Position numbers and translations under genes: made by a program
In this document: piece after piece, positions 61,444 to 64,000 of the stretch
Numbering within the stretch: position 1 is the first letter of the stretch
How the letters are laid out: each line of letters opens with the position of its first letter
Notes under the pieces: generated by a model
Database searches by the model: none
Told to the model about the DNA's origin: nothing
What the model saw: only the letters and a program-made list of their open reading frames with translations
Assembly (NCBI GenBank): GCA_965243395.1
Contig: CBDEUS010000001.1
Span: forward strand, 544,001-608,000
Origin: Gammaproteobacteria bacterium
Lineage (GTDB): Bacteria > Pseudomonadota > Gammaproteobacteria > UBA4575
DNA: 64,000 bases
Direction: 5' to 3'

Positions 61444-62649
61444 TTAAAACTCTACCGCCAATTGAGAAGTGATCGTGTTGCCACCGAATTCATCGGTACC
61501 GCCTTCCGAGGCGCTGTAATCCTCATCATGGGCCCATTCGATCGACAGTGCGGTTGCATCAAAAATCTCAGCTGATAAGCCACCGATTATACGTTCCTTC
61601 GGAAGCTCCAGTGCCACGGCTTCATCCGTACCCTGATAAGCCAGGGCTGCAGTCATCGGAATACCGCCTACATTAAAGCTATAGCCAACCTCAAAGTTAA
61701 ATGCTTCAGGTTCAGCACCGCCCGACTCAAATGCAAGCTCATCGGCCTCAAAGTCATCCGTGGCTTGGATGTATTCTGCAATCACATTGAAAGGTCCATA
61801 ACTGTACATAGCATCTATAGAAATGCCGCCTACATAATCACTATAGTCGACGGCTGCTGCATCAATATTATCCTGAATCACCTCTTGCAAAGTATCCGAA
61901 TCACCAATGTCATTGATGTACCCTAAGTTAATCGCAAAGTTTGAACCACTTTCACTCTCATGTGCATACCCAGCAAAGACCCCGAAGTTATCGATATCAC
62001 TATCGCCATCTTCAGACAGATCACCATTAAACACATATACACCACCTGTAAAACCATTGGACTCGATGCCGGCCAAGATAGAAGACTCGCGCGTCTCGGC
62101 AATCTCAAGCGTGAGAGGATCGGAGATAAGATTTGTTTCAAACGTGCCAAAGGGTTCATACATCAAACCGCTTTGTATAAACCAAGCACCCTCTGGAGGA
62201 GCGATGGTAATAACCGCGACATCAACTTCTAAATCGGTGTCATCTTCTTCAAACAATAGAGTGGTTTCTGCCGACACCCAATCATTTACTTGGGCTGCCA
62301 CCCCAAGTTCTGCTGTCGCTAATACAATATCACTGTTGCTATCGCCTTCATCGGGATCATTGTGAGAAGCTTCGACTTCCATTAGCCCACTAATTTCAAT
62401 ATTGCTAAACCAACCGGAATCCTTTTCATCAGATTTCACATTGGATACCAGTTCATTTATTTGTTGGGATTTTGCTTCAATAACTTGATTCTGTCTTTCA
62501 ATTACTGTGCTTTGTTGTAGAACCATGCGTTCAAGCTGTTCAAGACGGGCCTTTATTGCAGAAAGCTCATCCTCAATGCTCCCCGCAAAAGAAGGACTGC
62601 ATAAAATTGATATCAAAAATACAGATAGACAATTAAAAATTAATCTCAT
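61444..62649 (-). CDS. LbtU-like outer-membrane porin with N-terminal coiled coil
   Basis: Signal peptide, coiled coil, SGL.EVEA, G..Y.PFG.FET..ISDPLTLE..ET, terminal QLAVEF. Confidence 0.72.
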   Translation of the reverse strand: MRLIFNCLSVFLISILCSPSFAGSIEDELSAIKARLEQLERMVLQQSTVIERQNQVIEAKSQQINELVSNVKSDEKDSGWFSNIEISGLMEVEASHNDPDEGDSNSDIVLATAELGVAAQVNDWVSAETTLLFEEDDTDLEVDVAVITIAPPEGAWFIQSGLMYEPFGTFETNLISDPLTLEIAETRESSILAGIESNGFTGGVYVFNGDLSEDGDSDIDNFGVFAGYAHESESGSNFAINLGYINDIGDSDTLQEVIQDNIDAAAVDYSDYVGGISIDAMYSYGPFNVIAEYIQATDDFEADELAFESGGAEPEAFNFEVGYSFNVGGIPMTAALAYQGTDEAVALELPKERIIGGLSAEIFDATALSIEWAHDEDYSASEGGTDEFGGNTITSQLAVEF

Positions 62650-62712
62650 AGAGTTCCTCCTCTTCTTATCATTTTTTTTAACTCTAATTTTTTTATAGAC
62701 AATAAAGCCCGT

Positions 62713-62736
62713 AGGTGATCGAAAGTACGATCACCT
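62713..62736. other. intercistronic 9-bp perfect hairpin between cbtA and the porin gene
   Basis: AGGTGATCG-AAAGTA-CGATCACCT; no U-run on the coding (minus) strand. Confidence 0.5.
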
Positions 62737-62770
62737 TGAGTATTTGTTTGCAGTAGTAAATTAAGTTACT

Positions 62771-63478
62771 TTAATTAGCAGTAGCACCAACAGAAGAATT
62801 TGCTGTACGTTCTGCAAAGCGATTAAAAAATAGTGCGCTCAAAGCTCCTAAAATTATCCAAAACAACGCATTTGTGGCTAATGTGGCTATATGAAAATTT
62901 GTTCTTAGTTCTTGCGGAGCTAATCCTTCATGCACTTCGGGTTGTGGTGCACCAAAAATATGTGGCAACGCAATTAACGCAATACCAAAAAGCTTTAAAA
63001 AAGGTTTAGGTTGAAACGCAAGTATCCATAATCCTGCTGCAGTTAAAATTACGGTCAAAACCCACCAGACTTGGCGCTGCTCTAACCCCGCAGCAGCATC
63101 TCCAGGAAGCTCTGGTGGTAGCCCAAAAGAAGGCGCTAGATTAAACACGAGCCATCCTGCAATGCCCCATAGAATTCCTTTTTGCCAAGTTATCGAACCG
63201 CGTAATGTGTATCCAACTACTAATAAAAGAGCAAAGCCAATTCCTATAACAACACTGCTAGATGCTGTAAAAAAGGTACGTTCAGCACCATCATCTGGTG
63301 CCCAAGCTTCTGCTTCTTCTTCACCATGTCCTGCGGCTGGCTCTTCTTCAGATACCTCGTAAGTTTCTGCTTCGAAAATCATCGGCACAACGCTGAAATG
63401 TTGAATGCCCGCAAGCACTAATCCAGCAATGACTCCAGAAAACAAAGCGCTTAAAAAAATTTGATTAAATAATTTCAT
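62771..63478 (-). CDS. cbtA: predicted cobalt transporter subunit CbtA
   Basis: P.I..AE.YE, W.P.DG.ER, P.FGLPPELPG..A..L..RQ.WW, PH..GAP. Confidence 0.88.
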   Translation of the reverse strand: MKLFNQIFLSALFSGVIAGLVLAGIQHFSVVPMIFEAETYEVSEEEPAAGHGEEEAEAWAPDDGAERTFFTASSSVVIGIGFALLLVVGYTLRGSITWQKGILWGIAGWLVFNLAPSFGLPPELPGDAAAGLEQRQVWWVLTVILTAAGLWILAFQPKPFLKLFGIALIALPHIFGAPQPEVHEGLAPQELRTNFHIATLATNALFWIILGALSALFFNRFAERTANSSVGATAN

Positions 63479-63502
63479 AATATTTGTGAATTGCTAAATT
63501 GA

Positions 63503-63700
63503 TTAGTGGCATGGAAAAACCATGCTATGGCGGATGTCATGTGCGGCATTATGTATAACTTCAGGGCTTGCAAATCCAATAACTGCAAGTATGAAAATGC
63601 TAACTAAAACAGCTGCAGAAATTGCATAGACAGATGCCCAGGGTAATACATGAGTATGATTCTGTTCAGTTTGACCAATATATTTATTAACAGTAGTCAC
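63503..63700 (-). CDS. cbtB: predicted cobalt transporter subunit CbtB
   Basis: One TM helix plus HNAAHDIRHSMVFPCH C-terminus; GAGGAG RBS before GTG 63700. Confidence 0.88.
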   Translation of the reverse strand: MTTVNKYIGQTEQNHTHVLPWASVYAISAAVLVSIFILAVIGFASPEVIHNAAHDIRHSMVFPCH

Positions 63701-63967
63701 AAGTTTTCTCCTCGACTGAAATATTGTTATAAGACTGCACATTAGTAATTTAATGTATGCAGCCTATTTATTTGAAAAAGTTTATAGAATGTTATCTATA
63801 ATTCAAGACTATTTAATAACTATTTCAATAGTAATTTTCTATAGTAAAAAAATTACGTGAATCGATCCAATTCCTAATTTAAAACGACGAAAACCTATAT
63901 ATAGGTTCGATCTTAATCGTTGATTTGAGAAGATTAATTATAGATTTGCAATTTCAAGGTAGTTATT

Positions 63968-63990
63968 TTTCATAGCGAATAGCTATGAAA
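63968..63990. promoter_or_regulatory. LysR-type operator-like inverted repeat
   Basis: TTTCATAGC-GAATA-GCTATGAAA, which contains T-N11-A. Confidence 0.35.
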
Positions 63991-64000
63991 CTATCGATGA

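Noticed and set aside
890-63362. Numerous short overlapping or antisense ORFs in the track (e.g. 6045-6470, 7552-7986, 27029-27412, 61907-62365)
   Set aside because: They lie within well-supported genes on another frame or strand and show no motifs or RBS.
63780-63810. Zur/Fur box (GAATGTTATCTATAATTC) upstream of cbtB
   Set aside because: Half-site spacing is off by one and the right arm is poor, so it cannot be supported in AT-rich DNA.

Overview
An AT-rich bacterial chromosomal window; gene content and order point to a gammaproteobacterium. The housekeeping backbone is nuoL(3')MN, tRNA-fMet, rimP-nusA-infB-rbfA-truB-rpsO-pnp, gluQ-dksA-xseA/guaBA-tadA/mltF, rraA/aceA-icd and tRNA-Ser(GGA). 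Four accessory modules interrupt it. (1) A XylM/AlkB-type membrane di-iron monooxygenase operon, with a 59-aa ferredoxin missed by the ORF track, a glutathione S-transferase, a XylA-like reductase and a small membrane protein; a tmRNA-3'-end-like fragment lies at its left edge. (2) A putative small-molecule biosynthesis cassette (ThDP enzyme, two citrate-synthase-fold proteins lacking the canonical catalytic residues, O-methyltransferase, P450 nearby), followed directly by a TonB receptor, a lone periplasmic binding protein and a single-chain HK-REC-REC-HPt-REC-GGDEF-EAL protein. This is the best candidate for an undescribed make-and-sense signalling system. (3) An acyl-CoA ligase plus Liv-type ABC importer. 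(4) cbtBA plus an LbtU-like porin. Other observations: two related ~120-bp palindromic elements (one MITE-like with a TTTA target duplication), DksA with histone-H1-like repeats, an IDH with an atypical coenzyme loop and a 27-aa insert, and an apparent 1-nt frameshift at the P450 C-terminus. No CRISPR array, rRNA, integrase or transposase was seen. All calls come from motif recognition by eye; no database searches were run.
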